Assembly: GCA_903839905.1 (NCBI GenBank)
Contig: CAIMDX010000069.1
Coordinates: forward strand, 1-32,638
From: an uncultured bacterium
Lineage (GTDB): Bacteria; Patescibacteriota; Minisyncoccia; Minisyncoccales; JAQTVQ01
Direction: 5' to 3'
Length of the DNA stretch: 32,638 nucleotides
The notes beneath the pieces are model-generated. The model saw only the letters and a list, made by a program, of their open reading frames with translations. It was not told the origin of the DNA and ran no database searches. This document shows positions 1-8,578 of this stretch, in pieces (positions within the stretch are counted from its first letter, which is position 1; each line of letters starts with the position of its first letter). Position numbers and translations under genes: made by a program.

Positions 1-28
1 ATTTATCAAAACAGGAAAATCCTGTCAA
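1..28 (-). promoter_or_regulatory. putative sigma70 promoter pointing out of the window (TTGACA-N17-TAAAT...)
   Basis: Minus strand reads TTGACA (28-23), a 17 nt spacer, then TAAAT cut off at the window edge. Same TTGACA-N15-GATAAAT form as the promoter at 3151-3123. Confidence 0.5.
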
Positions 29-88
29 CGGCCAAGGCGGGAAAAAGCAAACAAAATAATGTTTGTCCCTCCCTCTGTGAATTACGCT

Positions 89-2143
89 TTACTGGCGAAG
101 CATTGGCACAAACTCAATACCGCTGATATCGGTAATAGAGGAACCTGTTAAGAGAGGCTTGGCTACCCACATAATACCGCCATTGTTAAAAACCGTATAA
201 ATAGATTTTGCATCTTTCTGATCATTGGATGATTTTATTATATTTCCCAGATCCTGGCTGTATGTTGTTACTATGTTCCCCAGCAAGTCATATTTTTTAA
301 GGCTCCCGTTTGTGTAGAAATAGAAATAATTTCCATCGCAAGAAAAAGTTGAGTCTGCACTGGCCGAAACCCCTAGATTAATCGTGCCAAGGGCGTTTAG
401 GCTCTGGTCATATTTATATATCTTTTTTCCTGCGTCCTTGCTTGCTTTTGAAAAAAGATAAATGCTGGTTCCGTCTGTAGCTAAAGGACCATTCTCATTC
501 ATATTTATTTTATTGCCGCCTTCGATTTTTAAATACTGAAACAAATGAGCAGTAGTGGGAGCGGAGCAGTATCCATAAGTACCCGGGTATGTAGAATCTG
601 AATATGAACTATATTCTTTTTCATTTATAGTTACGATACCGCAAACTTCCGACCAACTTTCGCTGCTTCTTGTAATGACTGCTCTTTTATAGACTAAACC
701 TCCAGCTTCATTTTTAGAAACTATAAAAAAATAATTATCGGATCCGGCGCCAAAAATTAATCTTTTATTCAACGGATCCCATCCGCTTATTGATGTATCT
801 GCTGTACTGACTGGGTATCCCTCGCTTAACGCTATCCCTCCGACCATCACACTTCCCATAAATGCAAATTCTTTTGAAGGACCCCAAACTCCCGAGCCTC
901 CGCTCCCCGCTCCGATCACTATATTATTCCAAGTCGTAGAATTAGCGCAGACCGAATTAACACAAATGGCGGTGGCTGAATTAATCGTACCCGTGGCGTT
1001 GATATTGCCTCCGACAGAAAGGTTTTTGGTAATATTGACATTACCATTGAAGTATCCTGCGTACCCTGCGATGTTTTGTTGTTCTGCGTATAGAGCTGAA
1101 TTGCCGGAATTGGCGTAAGCCGCGATTGCGTCGCCGGAGCTGCCAGTAGTGACTCCAGAACTACCGGCGCCTACGACTGCCAATTTGGCAAGGGGTGCTG
1201 CTGTCCCGATGCCGACATCGCCGCTGCCTAGAATAGTCATTCTTGTCGTAGGTGCATCGTTAGTAGTGCCCGCGTTAAACACTATTTTTCCTGAAGCTTG
1301 ATTAGCATTGATGGCTAAGGTACCGGACTGCACGCCAAAACCATAAACAGTCGTCCCGCTTTCATACAATCTGATATTATAAGTTGGGTTGTTGCCAACA
1401 GTATCATAGTTAGTGCCAAATGATAGTTTCGCTCCCGGCGCGGCAGTGCCGATGCCCACATTGCCGGTGTTGTAATAGATATTTGATCCCGAAGTAATCC
1501 ATTGGCTGGAAGCGCCGCCTCCTATCTGCGACCAAGAAGACCAGGAACCGGAATATCTGCCGCGGATATAGATGCCGGCATTGGACGGACTGGCATAAGG
1601 TATAGCCAGCTGGGTGATATTGCCCGAACCGTTCTTGGAATTGTATTCAAAGTTAAAAGTATGGAAATACGAAACAGGGCCGGGACCGCTGGCCGCATTG
1701 CCCATAAGAAGAGTATAACCGCTGCCCGAACGGATATTGGAAGGATCATTCCAGTCTAAAACTCCGGCAGTGGTTTGCGCGCCGAATCCTCCGATTATCT
1801 GGCCCTGGACATCTAACTTCGCCCCCGGCGCCGTTGTGCCAATTCCGACACTACCGTCTTGGCCGACAATAAATTTAATTGATCCAGCGTTATTTTTCAA
1901 AGCAAAGCTCTGGCCGGATTGAGTCAACCAGTATTTAACAGCATCAGAACCTATAGCCAAATCTCCGGCTTTAACTTGAGCAATACTGCCTGTATTTATC
2001 GGCGCGGCCACGCTCGCGGGCATGGTGCCGGATGGCTCTGACCAGGCCAGGGTAAAATATCCGGCTGAAAGAGATAGAACTAAAACTGCGGCCAGAAGAG
2101 GCAAAGTTCCCGAAGAGATTTGAAAAAATTTAGGCATAGACAT
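89..2143 (-). CDS. secreted/anchored fibre-like surface protein with GNVGIGTxAP repeats, a tail-fibre/pyocin-knob-like module and a beta-rich C-terminal domain; paralog of 18116..19537
   Basis: N-terminal hydrophobic signal plus WSEPSGTMP..APINT motif; three G[SND]VGIGT[TA]AP repeats; module ending IYIRGRYSGSWSSWSQI resembles phage fibre knob domains; CVNSVC motif shared with the paralog. Confidence 0.8.
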   Translation of the reverse strand: MSMPKFFQISSGTLPLLAAVLVLSLSAGYFTLAWSEPSGTMPASVAAPINTGSIAQVKAGDLAIGSDAVKYWLTQSGQSFALKNNAGSIKFIVGQDGSVGIGTTAPGAKLDVQGQIIGGFGAQTTAGVLDWNDPSNIRSGSGYTLLMGNAASGPGPVSYFHTFNFEYNSKNGSGNITQLAIPYASPSNAGIYIRGRYSGSWSSWSQIGGGASSQWITSGSNIYYNTGNVGIGTAAPGAKLSFGTNYDTVGNNPTYNIRLYESGTTVYGFGVQSGTLAINANQASGKIVFNAGTTNDAPTTRMTILGSGDVGIGTAAPLAKLAVVGAGSSGVTTGSSGDAIAAYANSGNSALYAEQQNIAGYAGYFNGNVNITKNLSVGGNINATGTINSATAICVNSVCANSTTWNNIVIGAGSGGSGVWGPSKEFAFMGSVMVGGIALSEGYPVSTADTSISGWDPLNKRLIFGAGSDNYFFIVSKNEAGGLVYKRAVITRSSESWSEVCGIVTINEKEYSSYSDSTYPGTYGYCSAPTTAHLFQYLKIEGGNKINMNENGPLATDGTSIYLFSKASKDAGKKIYKYDQSLNALGTINLGVSASADSTFSCDGNYFYFYTNGSLKKYDLLGNIVTTYSQDLGNIIKSSNDQKDAKSIYTVFNNGGIMWVAKPLLTGSSITDISGIEFVPMLRQ

Positions 2144-2194
2144 AAAAAAATGTTAGCTGTTATTGCTATTGCGTTAATAATTAGATTAGTTTTT

Positions 2195-2231
2195 ATTATA
2201 TCACAGCTTCAACTCGCTGCCCTGTGGATAA
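2195..2231 (-). promoter_or_regulatory. extended -10 (TGaTATAAT) for the surface-protein gene, with a DnaA-box match upstream
   Basis: Reverse complement of 2195-2203 is TGATATAAT. 2223-2231 TGTGGATAA is the reverse complement of TTATCCACA. The paralog has TGATATAAT at 19589-19597. Confidence 0.5.
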
Positions 2232-2249
2232 AAACTTCACCAATCCTCT

Positions 2250-2268
2250 GCAAAGGTCTAACCTCTGC
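2250..2268. repeat. REP-like palindrome GCAAAGGTCTAACCTCTGC
   Basis: Shares the CAAAGGTCTAACCT core with copies at 32414-32430 and 32467-32487. Confidence 0.7.
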
Positions 2269-2291
2269 GATTCTGGAAACTTCGCGAAATT

Positions 2292-2329
2292 AAAAAAGAA
2301 AAAGTTGGGCGGATGGCAGCGCCCAACTT
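2292..2329 (-). terminator. intrinsic terminator
   Basis: Perfect 10 bp stem AAGTTGGGCG/CGCCCAACTT followed on the minus strand by a T-rich tract, directly after the stop of 2328..2846. Confidence 0.75.
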
Positions 2330-2846
2330 ATGTTTCCGGCATATCTATCCAGCTGCTTGCTATGAGCAAAGCTCCATTTCTTCGGGTAATATGGTAAGCG
2401 ATCCTGTGCTTGCCTCCGTTCGGCCCAATCTCCGCCTTTTCAAGATCTACTCCCAAAACTTTTCTTTGGCTTGTTGCAAATTGATCAACAAGCTCAAGAA
2501 GAGTGGTTTCCTTGATTTCGGACGGGCCGAGGCTTATTGTCCCCGAATAACCGGATTCCCTCTTTTGGGGAATAGCAGGCAATGCCTTTATTCCCAAAAG
2601 CTGGTAATAACCAGCCTCCAAAGGATCGGAAGGACTGACGAATTCCACCTGGTATCTGGTAGCCTCAAAATCAATGTTCATCCTTCTAAGGACGGAACGA
2701 AGATCTTTCCAGCTATAGGACCAGTCAAGAATTATCACTCCGCCGACTTCTCTAAGCTTGGGCTGGAAAATATCGCCGATATTCGCATTTCTATACGCGC
2801 CGAGCAAACTGGTTGCCGGCATATTTTCTGCGGGTATTTCTTCCAT
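2328..2846 (-). CDS. hypothetical protein (orphan, about 172 aa; start reassigned to MEEIP)
   Basis: Long ORF with a purine-rich region before the ATG at 2846 and a terminator after the stop. No family recognised. Confidence 0.6.
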   Translation of the reverse strand: MEEIPAENMPATSLLGAYRNANIGDIFQPKLREVGGVIILDWSYSWKDLRSVLRRMNIDFEATRYQVEFVSPSDPLEAGYYQLLGIKALPAIPQKRESGYSGTISLGPSEIKETTLLELVDQFATSQRKVLGVDLEKAEIGPNGGKHRIAYHITRRNGALLIASSWIDMPET

Positions 2847-2980
2847 TTTCTTTCCCTTCTGTTCCTTTTTAAGTTTTCCAAAGATCAATTTTGAGCGAAG
2901 TCTGTCTGCCATCAGACAGCTTATTTTTCCGCTCTTGAATTGCGCCCGCAAACGCCATTCAAGAAAGGACAATATCGCCT

Positions 2981-3151
2981 AAAAACAAAAAATCCTCAGA
3001 GGCCTGAGAATTTGCAATATGCTTTTTTATTTAACTATTTTTTGCAAACGGAAATTCCCAGACCTTGAGTTCTGCTAAAATAAAACCAAAAATTGTTTCT
3101 TGTCTGAATATTCATTATTTTTTATTTATCAAATCAATTAAGAATTGTCAA
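2981..3151 (-). promoter_or_regulatory. putative leader-peptide transcription attenuator 1
   Basis: TTGACA at 3151-3146; leader ORF 3115-3035; antiterminator GGTCTGGGAATTT (3064-3052) complementary to AAATTCTCAGGCC (3013-3001); terminator ATTCTCAG-GCCT-CTGAGGAT-TTTTTGTTTTT. Confidence 0.65.
3035..3115 (-). CDS. putative leader peptide MNIQTRNNFWFYFSRTQGLGISVCKK (26 aa)
   Basis: ATG about 7 nt after the predicted -10; ORF overlaps the antiterminator; FWFYF codon run. Confidence 0.55.
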   Translation of the reverse strand: MNIQTRNNFWFYFSRTQGLGISVCKK

Positions 3152-3179
3152 TTTTTATTTTGTTTTTCTAAAACCATAA

Positions 3180-3312
3180 AAAAGCCGAAACATTTTTAGG
3201 CATGATCCGGAGGCTGGCGCTTGGATGGAACCCCGCCTCCGCTCTTAAGAGAGCTATGGCGAGGCGAGGTCGGAGGGAATTTTAGCGCTTGCCTAAAAAT
3301 GTTTCGGCTTTT
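3180..3312. repeat. 23 bp perfect inverted repeat enclosing an 87 bp GC-rich nested palindrome
   Basis: AAAAGCCGAAACATTTTTAGGCA (3180-3202) / TGCCTAAAAATGTTTCGGCTTTT (3290-3312); inner CGCCTC...GAGGCG stem. Confidence 0.85.
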
Positions 3313-3417
3313 ATTTTCTCTGAGCCCTTGGATAAAATCGCCACAAGAGCAAAGCCGATGACTCCAAAAATATCACTTCGCAGAAAAACCCCTCTTCTTC
3401 CACTAACAATCCACAAT

Positions 3418-4884
3418 TTATCCATTGCTAATCCTCGGGAACAGCGGCGAAGATTTTTTGGATTCCAATTGATCCGCTATTGCTAAAGAAGTGCCGGGTA
3501 AAAACGGCTCTATTATTTCCCCTATTTTTTTTAAAGCAAAAAGTAAGCTTCCGACCACTTTCCGATTTTTATCAATCAGTTCCTGGCTACCCTGCTCCCA
3601 AGGTTTTTCTTTCTCAACGATCTTATTGCAATAAGCGATCAAATCCCAAATAGCGATCAAAGCTTCATTAAATTTGTATAAGCTTATTTCTTCCGAAGAT
3701 CTTGCTTCCGCTTTTATGATGGCTGTTTTTAATCCGTCATCAGAATTTCCTTCTTCCGCATTTAGCTTATTAGCCATAGCCAAAGTCCTGGCCAGCAGAT
3801 TCCCTAACCCTCCGGCTAGATCGCCATTATACCTTTGCTCAAACTTTTCCTGCGAAAAATCGCCGTCGTCCCAGCCCGGAATCTCGCGCAAAAGATAATA
3901 ACGCACGGCATCGGTGCCGTATTTATCAGCCAAAAAAATCGGATCAACCACATTGCCCAAACTTTTAGACATTTTCTGACCGTTGGAAGTGATATAGCCG
4001 TGGATGAATACTTGTTTGGAATTCGGCAATCCGGCCGACATCAGCATCGCCTGCCACATCGCGGTTTGCTGCCTTAAGTTATCTTTGCCAGCAACCTGGA
4101 TGGCATTCTTGTTTTCTTTAGTTCCCCAAAAATTGATAAATTTCTCTTCATCTTGAGGCCAGCCAAGACAGGAAACATAATTTACCAAAGCGTCAAACCA
4201 AACATACATCACATGATCATCGTCTCCGGGGACTGGTACTCCCCAAGGCATTTTATTCTTCAAACGGGAAATGCTGAAGTCCTGCAATCCTCCTTTAACA
4301 AAACTGTATATTTCTTTCTGGCGGGTCGCCGGAATCACGAATTCCGGATTGGCATCGTAAAGATCAAGCAACGGTTTTTGATATTTAGAAAAGCGGAAAA
4401 AATAATTCTCCTCTTCAATCGTTTCCAGATCTTTGTTCGGGTGGATCGGACAGCGGCCGTCAATCAGTTCCGAATCGGTTTTTTCCAGCTCGCAGCCCAC
4501 GCAATATTTAGCCTTATAGCTTGTTTTGTAAATATCGCCATTCGCTTCGCATTTTTTCCAAAACTCCTGCGCCGCTTTAATGTGATGCGGATCGGTCGTC
4601 CGGATAAAATTATTATAAGAAAGATCCAATTTCTCTTTTAACAAGCTAAACTTGGCCGCATATTCGTCGCAATAAGCCTGGGGATCTTTCTTATCGTCCA
4701 GGGCTTTCTGGTAAATTTTCAGACCGTGTTCATCCGTGCCGGTATTGAAAAAAACTTCCTTTCTTCTTTTTCTTTGGCTTCGCGCAATCGCGTCGGCCTG
4801 GACGATCTCCAAAGCAAAACCGATATGCGGCACCGCATTGACATAAGGCAAGGTCGTGGTGATATAAAAATTTTTGGAATCCAT
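3418..4884 (-). CDS. metG: methionine--tRNA ligase (short monomeric form)
   Basis: FYITTTLPYVN..PHIG, GTDEHGLKI, CxxC..CPIH knuckle, YVWFDAL, KMSKS. Confidence 0.97.
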   Translation of the reverse strand: MDSKNFYITTTLPYVNAVPHIGFALEIVQADAIARSQRKRRKEVFFNTGTDEHGLKIYQKALDDKKDPQAYCDEYAAKFSLLKEKLDLSYNNFIRTTDPHHIKAAQEFWKKCEANGDIYKTSYKAKYCVGCELEKTDSELIDGRCPIHPNKDLETIEEENYFFRFSKYQKPLLDLYDANPEFVIPATRQKEIYSFVKGGLQDFSISRLKNKMPWGVPVPGDDDHVMYVWFDALVNYVSCLGWPQDEEKFINFWGTKENKNAIQVAGKDNLRQQTAMWQAMLMSAGLPNSKQVFIHGYITSNGQKMSKSLGNVVDPIFLADKYGTDAVRYYLLREIPGWDDGDFSQEKFEQRYNGDLAGGLGNLLARTLAMANKLNAEEGNSDDGLKTAIIKAEARSSEEISLYKFNEALIAIWDLIAYCNKIVEKEKPWEQGSQELIDKNRKVVGSLLFALKKIGEIIEPFLPGTSLAIADQLESKKSSPLFPRISNG

Positions 4885-4917
4885 AATTTATAATTAGCAT
4901 AAGCTTAAGGCCTTTGC

Positions 4918-4949
4918 AAAAAAGAAAAAACCCTGCCAAAAAGACAGGG
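4918..4949 (-). terminator. intrinsic terminator of the 65 aa orphan gene
   Basis: CCCTG/CAGGG stem followed on the minus strand by a long T tract. Confidence 0.55.
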
Positions 4950-4955
4950 CATAAG

Positions 4956-5153
4956 CTAGGGCGCTTCAAAAGCGCCGGTTTCTCTGGCAAGGCGGGAAAT
5001 TTCTTCCGCCATTGCCGTTAAGATGTCATAGACATCTTTGGGATCTCTAACATCGCTGGCGCAAATAGCATTCGCTATTTGGCCGGCTTGCGCAAATTCA
5101 CGCGCTCCGACCGCAGCCAGAGCCTCTTTCTTCCTTGCTTCAATATTCTCCAT
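4956..5153 (-). CDS. small helical hypothetical protein (65 aa)
   Basis: Shine-Dalgarno-like AAAGGTGA before the ATG; own terminator; lies downstream of attenuator 2. Confidence 0.65.
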   Translation of the reverse strand: MENIEARKKEALAAVGAREFAQAGQIANAICASDVRDPKDVYDILTAMAEEISRLARETGAFEAP

Positions 5154-5204
5154 AACATCACCTTTTAACTTGTAAAAGTACTGCTTCTAAGCCAAATTCG
5201 GCCC

Positions 5205-5387
5205 AAAAACAAAAAGCCCTCTTTGCGAGGGCTATCTTTTTGATGGGTGGAATTTATTTAAAAACTATTTCCTATCCAAAAGACGGCCCTCGCAAAGAGG
5301 GATGCTAATGACGATCTGGCTCAAATTTTGCTTATTGGAATTGTACATCTTTGACTTAAAAATATCCCATTGAATGATTATTGTCAA
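5205..5387 (-). promoter_or_regulatory. putative leader-peptide transcription attenuator 2
   Basis: TTGACA(5387-5382)-N17-TATTTT(5364-5359); leader ORF 5348-5265; 31 nt antiterminator (5301-5271) complementary to 5247-5217 including 16 exact bp; terminator AGCCCTC-GCAAA-GAGGGCT-TTTTGTTTTT. Confidence 0.75.
5265..5348 (-). CDS. putative leader peptide MYNSNKQNLSQIVISIPLCEGRLLDRK (27 aa)
   Basis: ATG 10 nt after the -10; the 3' half of the ORF is the antiterminator strand; IVISI run just before it. Confidence 0.55.
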   Translation of the reverse strand: MYNSNKQNLSQIVISIPLCEGRLLDRK

Positions 5388-6097
5388 TCAATAACTTCAC
5401 CCATATCAGATTTGTCGCTTGGGCCGACGACAACCACAAATTCCCCTTTTACAACTCCTTCTTCCAGCTCTTTTATTATTTTTTCAACCGGGCCGCGATA
5501 TATTGTTTCAAATTTTTTGGTCAGCTCGCGGCAAACAACGATTTGACGGATTTTTCCGCTATTTTTTTCCAGTACGGCTATTTCTCCTAAGCTTTTTATT
5601 ATCCTGTAAGTTGACTCGTAAAAAATCACTGGATATTTTGAGGCTAAAATTTCTTCAAAATATTTTTTTCTTTTATTTTTTACCGGCGGAAACCCTAAGA
5701 ACAAAAATTTATCCATTGAAAAATCGCAGACGCTGGCCGCGGCGACCAAGGCGCAAGGCCCGGGGATGGGAATTATTTCCAGATCAGGAAAAATTTTTAA
5801 AGCCGATTCTATTAATTTGTTGCCCGGATCGGAAACTCCCGGAGTGCCTGCGTCCGAAACAAGGGCTAGATTTTTATCTTGCTTTAAAAGATCAATGATA
5901 TAGTCTATTTTTTGAATCTTGGAATGCTGGTGGTAGCTCAAAAGCGGTTTTTTAATTTCAAACCGCTCTAAGATTTTTTGAGTATTGCGCGTGTCCTCGC
6001 ACAAAATCAAATCCGCCTCGGACAATATTCTCAAAGCCCGCGCGGAAATATCTTCCAAGTTACCGATCGGCGTAGCGACGATATAAAGTTTTGGCAT
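5384..6097 (-). CDS. rsmI: 16S rRNA (cytidine1402-2'-O)-methyltransferase
   Basis: LYIVATPIGNLEDIS.RA, CEDTR, VSDAGTPGVSDPG, RELTK.FE, KGEFVVV. Start reassigned to MPKLY at 6097. Confidence 0.96.
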   Translation of the reverse strand: MPKLYIVATPIGNLEDISARALRILSEADLILCEDTRNTQKILERFEIKKPLLSYHQHSKIQKIDYIIDLLKQDKNLALVSDAGTPGVSDPGNKLIESALKIFPDLEIIPIPGPCALVAAASVCDFSMDKFLFLGFPPVKNKRKKYFEEILASKYPVIFYESTYRIIKSLGEIAVLEKNSGKIRQIVVCRELTKKFETIYRGPVEKIIKELEEGVVKGEFVVVVGPSDKSDMGEVID

Positions 6098-6098
6098 T

Positions 6099-7124
6099 TT
6101 AATTGCTTGATTCCTCTTTTTTCTTTTGCAAAAATTGCCTTGAAAATTCATAAAAAATGCCGGCCATTGGGATAACTAAAATAGCGCCCATTATTCCCCA
6201 AAGCCTGGCTCCGATAAGCAAAGAGATAATAACCAGCACCGGAGGAATGCCGATCATCTTTTTTGTGAGCAACGGGGTCAGAACATTCCCTTCAACTTGG
6301 TGGATCAGGATAAAGGCGATCAAAACCAATATCGCCGCGTTCGGTCCAGGATCTAAAAGCGTAAAAAAACCGATAAGCAACCCCGCAACCATCGGGCCGG
6401 CAATGGGAACAATGTTGCTGACTGCGGCGAAAAGAGCCAGGGTAAGGGAATATTTTATTGCAAAAACTTCCAATAATAAATAAGTAAAGACTCCCACAAA
6501 AATACAGCTTAAAACCCGGCTGCCGAACCATCCGGCAACTTTATTCTCAACGCTGGAAAAAAGAGTATAAATATACTCTTCATATTTTTTGGGAGATATC
6601 AAAAATAAGAATTTTTGGATTGATTTCTCTTCTAAGGACAAAAATATCGCGATAGTGAAAAGAGTGATCATCGTAAAAATCCCTCCAAAAAAAGTTGAAG
6701 CGGCGCTAAAAATGCTAGTTGAAGCTGTTACTAATACCCCTTGCAAATATTTATTAAAAACTTCAAAACTTTGAAGCTGATTGATATCAAAATCTTTCAA
6801 GGCAGGAGCTGCTTTCTCAAAATAAACCGGCAAAAGCTGCGAAAAATTAGTAAGCTCTTTGGAAAAAGTGTTGGCAGTAAAATAAATAAAACCGCTGACA
6901 AGAGAAAAAAACGACAAATAAATAAAAGCTGTTCCTACCACTCTTGGAACTTTTCGCTTTTGGAGGAAATCAATGACCGGGTTGAAAAGAACTGAAATGA
7001 TCAAAGAGAAAACGATCAAAGTCAAAATGTCCTGGATCAGAAAAAGGATATAAAAGAAGATCAAGGCCAGGCCAATCTTCAAAATAGACCCCCATGAAAT
7101 GTCTAAGGTGTTTCCATTGGCCAT
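6099..7124 (-). CDS. AI-2E (PerM/UPF0118) family transporter
   Basis: Multi-TM protein with LFNPVIDFLQKR, IVPIAGP, QVEGNVLTP, LWGIMGAILVIP. Confidence 0.9.
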   Translation of the reverse strand: MANGNTLDISWGSILKIGLALIFFYILFLIQDILTLIVFSLIISVLFNPVIDFLQKRKVPRVVGTAFIYLSFFSLVSGFIYFTANTFSKELTNFSQLLPVYFEKAAPALKDFDINQLQSFEVFNKYLQGVLVTASTSIFSAASTFFGGIFTMITLFTIAIFLSLEEKSIQKFLFLISPKKYEEYIYTLFSSVENKVAGWFGSRVLSCIFVGVFTYLLLEVFAIKYSLTLALFAAVSNIVPIAGPMVAGLLIGFFTLLDPGPNAAILVLIAFILIHQVEGNVLTPLLTKKMIGIPPVLVIISLLIGARLWGIMGAILVIPMAGIFYEFSRQFLQKKKEESSN

Positions 7125-7128
7125 AATT

Positions 7129-8400
7129 TTATAAATTAGAATTTAACAAATTAATAAATTCTTCTTTTTCTTTGAACGGGCCGATCAAAGCCAAATTCAA
7201 CTTCTCCGGCTTAAAAATATCCTGGGCAACCGCCAAAATTTCTTCGGCTGTTACGCTGTTAATCTTAGCAAATATATCTTCCGGAGTTAAGATTTCCCCC
7301 TCCAGTAATTCCTGGTCGGCATAGAAAGAAGCTAACGATTCGGAAGACTCCAAAGACATTGCCATCCTCCCCTTAATGATTTCTTTTGCTTTTTTCAACT
7401 CTTCAGCCGGAACTTTTTCTTGAGATATTATCTTATACTCTTTTAATATAGCGGCTATTCCTTCTCCCACTCTGGTATTATCAAGACCAATCCTGGTTAC
7501 CAAACAGCCGGTATCGGGATCCGATTCGGCGCTAGTGGACAGGTAATAAGAAAGGCCGAGTTTCTCCCTGATATTCATAAACATCCTTGAGCTGAAACCT
7601 TTACCTAAAACCACGCTTAATAAACTAAAAGCATATCTGCGGCTATCAGATATCTTATAGCCTCTTGTTCCCAACATCATATGCGCTTGATCGGTTTTCT
7701 TCTCATAAAGAGAAACCATCGGCTTATCCTGGATCTCTAAAACTTTTTCTTTCTGCGGAGCTTCTTCCTTCTTGAAGGATTTGAAATGCTCCTCCACTTT
7801 AGATAGAATATCTCTTTCGTCAATCCCGCCCGCAACGCATACCACCGTATTGGCTGGAGAATAATTTTTTTGCTTATAAGAAACTAATTTTTCTCTGTTA
7901 ATCCCGGACAAACTCTCCCTGTTCCCGATAATCGGGCGGCCGGCGGCGCAATCGCCGTAAAGGAGATCTATCCAAAGGTCTTCAATATGGATCTTGGGAT
8001 CGTCCAAATACATATTCAGTTCTTCAGTGATAACTTTCCTCTCCTTCTCTATTTCATTCTGCGGCAAAAGCGGATTCAAAAAAATATCAGCCGTAAGATC
8101 CAGCGCCAGCTCAAAATTTTCATTCCTCGCTTTGCCCCAATAACCGGTATAGTCGTAGCCCGTGAAGGCATTGGAAATTCCCCCCACCTTGTCCATGGCT
8201 TCCATTATATCTTTTTTATCCGGCCGTTTTTTACTGCCGTTAAAAACCATATGCTCCAAAAAATGCGAAATGCCATTGATCTCTTTGGGTTCGTATTTGG
8301 AACCCGTTCCGGTCAGCACTAAAACCGTCACAGTCTGGCTGTTCTCTTGAGGAGCAGCAATGATTCGCAATCCGTTGGGCAGGGTAATTTTTTTGTACAT
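7129..8400 (-). CDS. M16 (pitrilysin-like) zinc metallopeptidase
   Basis: LPNGLRI, GISHFLEHMVF (HxxEH), NAFT, SSRMF..IREKLGLSYY. Confidence 0.95.
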   Translation of the reverse strand: MYKKITLPNGLRIIAAPQENSQTVTVLVLTGTGSKYEPKEINGISHFLEHMVFNGSKKRPDKKDIMEAMDKVGGISNAFTGYDYTGYWGKARNENFELALDLTADIFLNPLLPQNEIEKERKVITEELNMYLDDPKIHIEDLWIDLLYGDCAAGRPIIGNRESLSGINREKLVSYKQKNYSPANTVVCVAGGIDERDILSKVEEHFKSFKKEEAPQKEKVLEIQDKPMVSLYEKKTDQAHMMLGTRGYKISDSRRYAFSLLSVVLGKGFSSRMFMNIREKLGLSYYLSTSAESDPDTGCLVTRIGLDNTRVGEGIAAILKEYKIISQEKVPAEELKKAKEIIKGRMAMSLESSESLASFYADQELLEGEILTPEDIFAKINSVTAEEILAVAQDIFKPEKLNLALIGPFKEKEEFINLLNSNL

Positions 8401-8410
8401 CAGTTGTTTA

Positions 8411-8573
8411 AATTTCTAATTACTAATATCTAATTAAGCCCCAATGTCCAAATCCCAAAACCCAACCAAGCCCCAAACCCTAATGACCAAATCGTTCGTT
8501 TTAGCCTGCCGGCAGGCAGGGATTTTAGAAATTGGGATTTGGTTGGTCATTGGACATTGGGATTTGGGATTTT
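8411..8573. repeat. inverted heptamer-repeat element A with central CCTGCCGGCAGGCAGG palindrome
   Basis: Left arm aagcccc aatgtcc aaatccc aaaaccc aacc aagcccc aaaccct aatgacc; right arm is an imperfect reverse complement with the same phasing. Confidence 0.85.
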
Positions 8574-8578
8574 AGAAG

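Noticed and set aside
2223-2231. Replication origin from a DnaA box
   Set aside because: Only one perfect box, with no cluster and no dnaA/dnaN nearby.
3180-3312. SRP RNA or tRNA
   Set aside because: No SRP domain IV motif or tRNA cloverleaf/T-loop on either strand.
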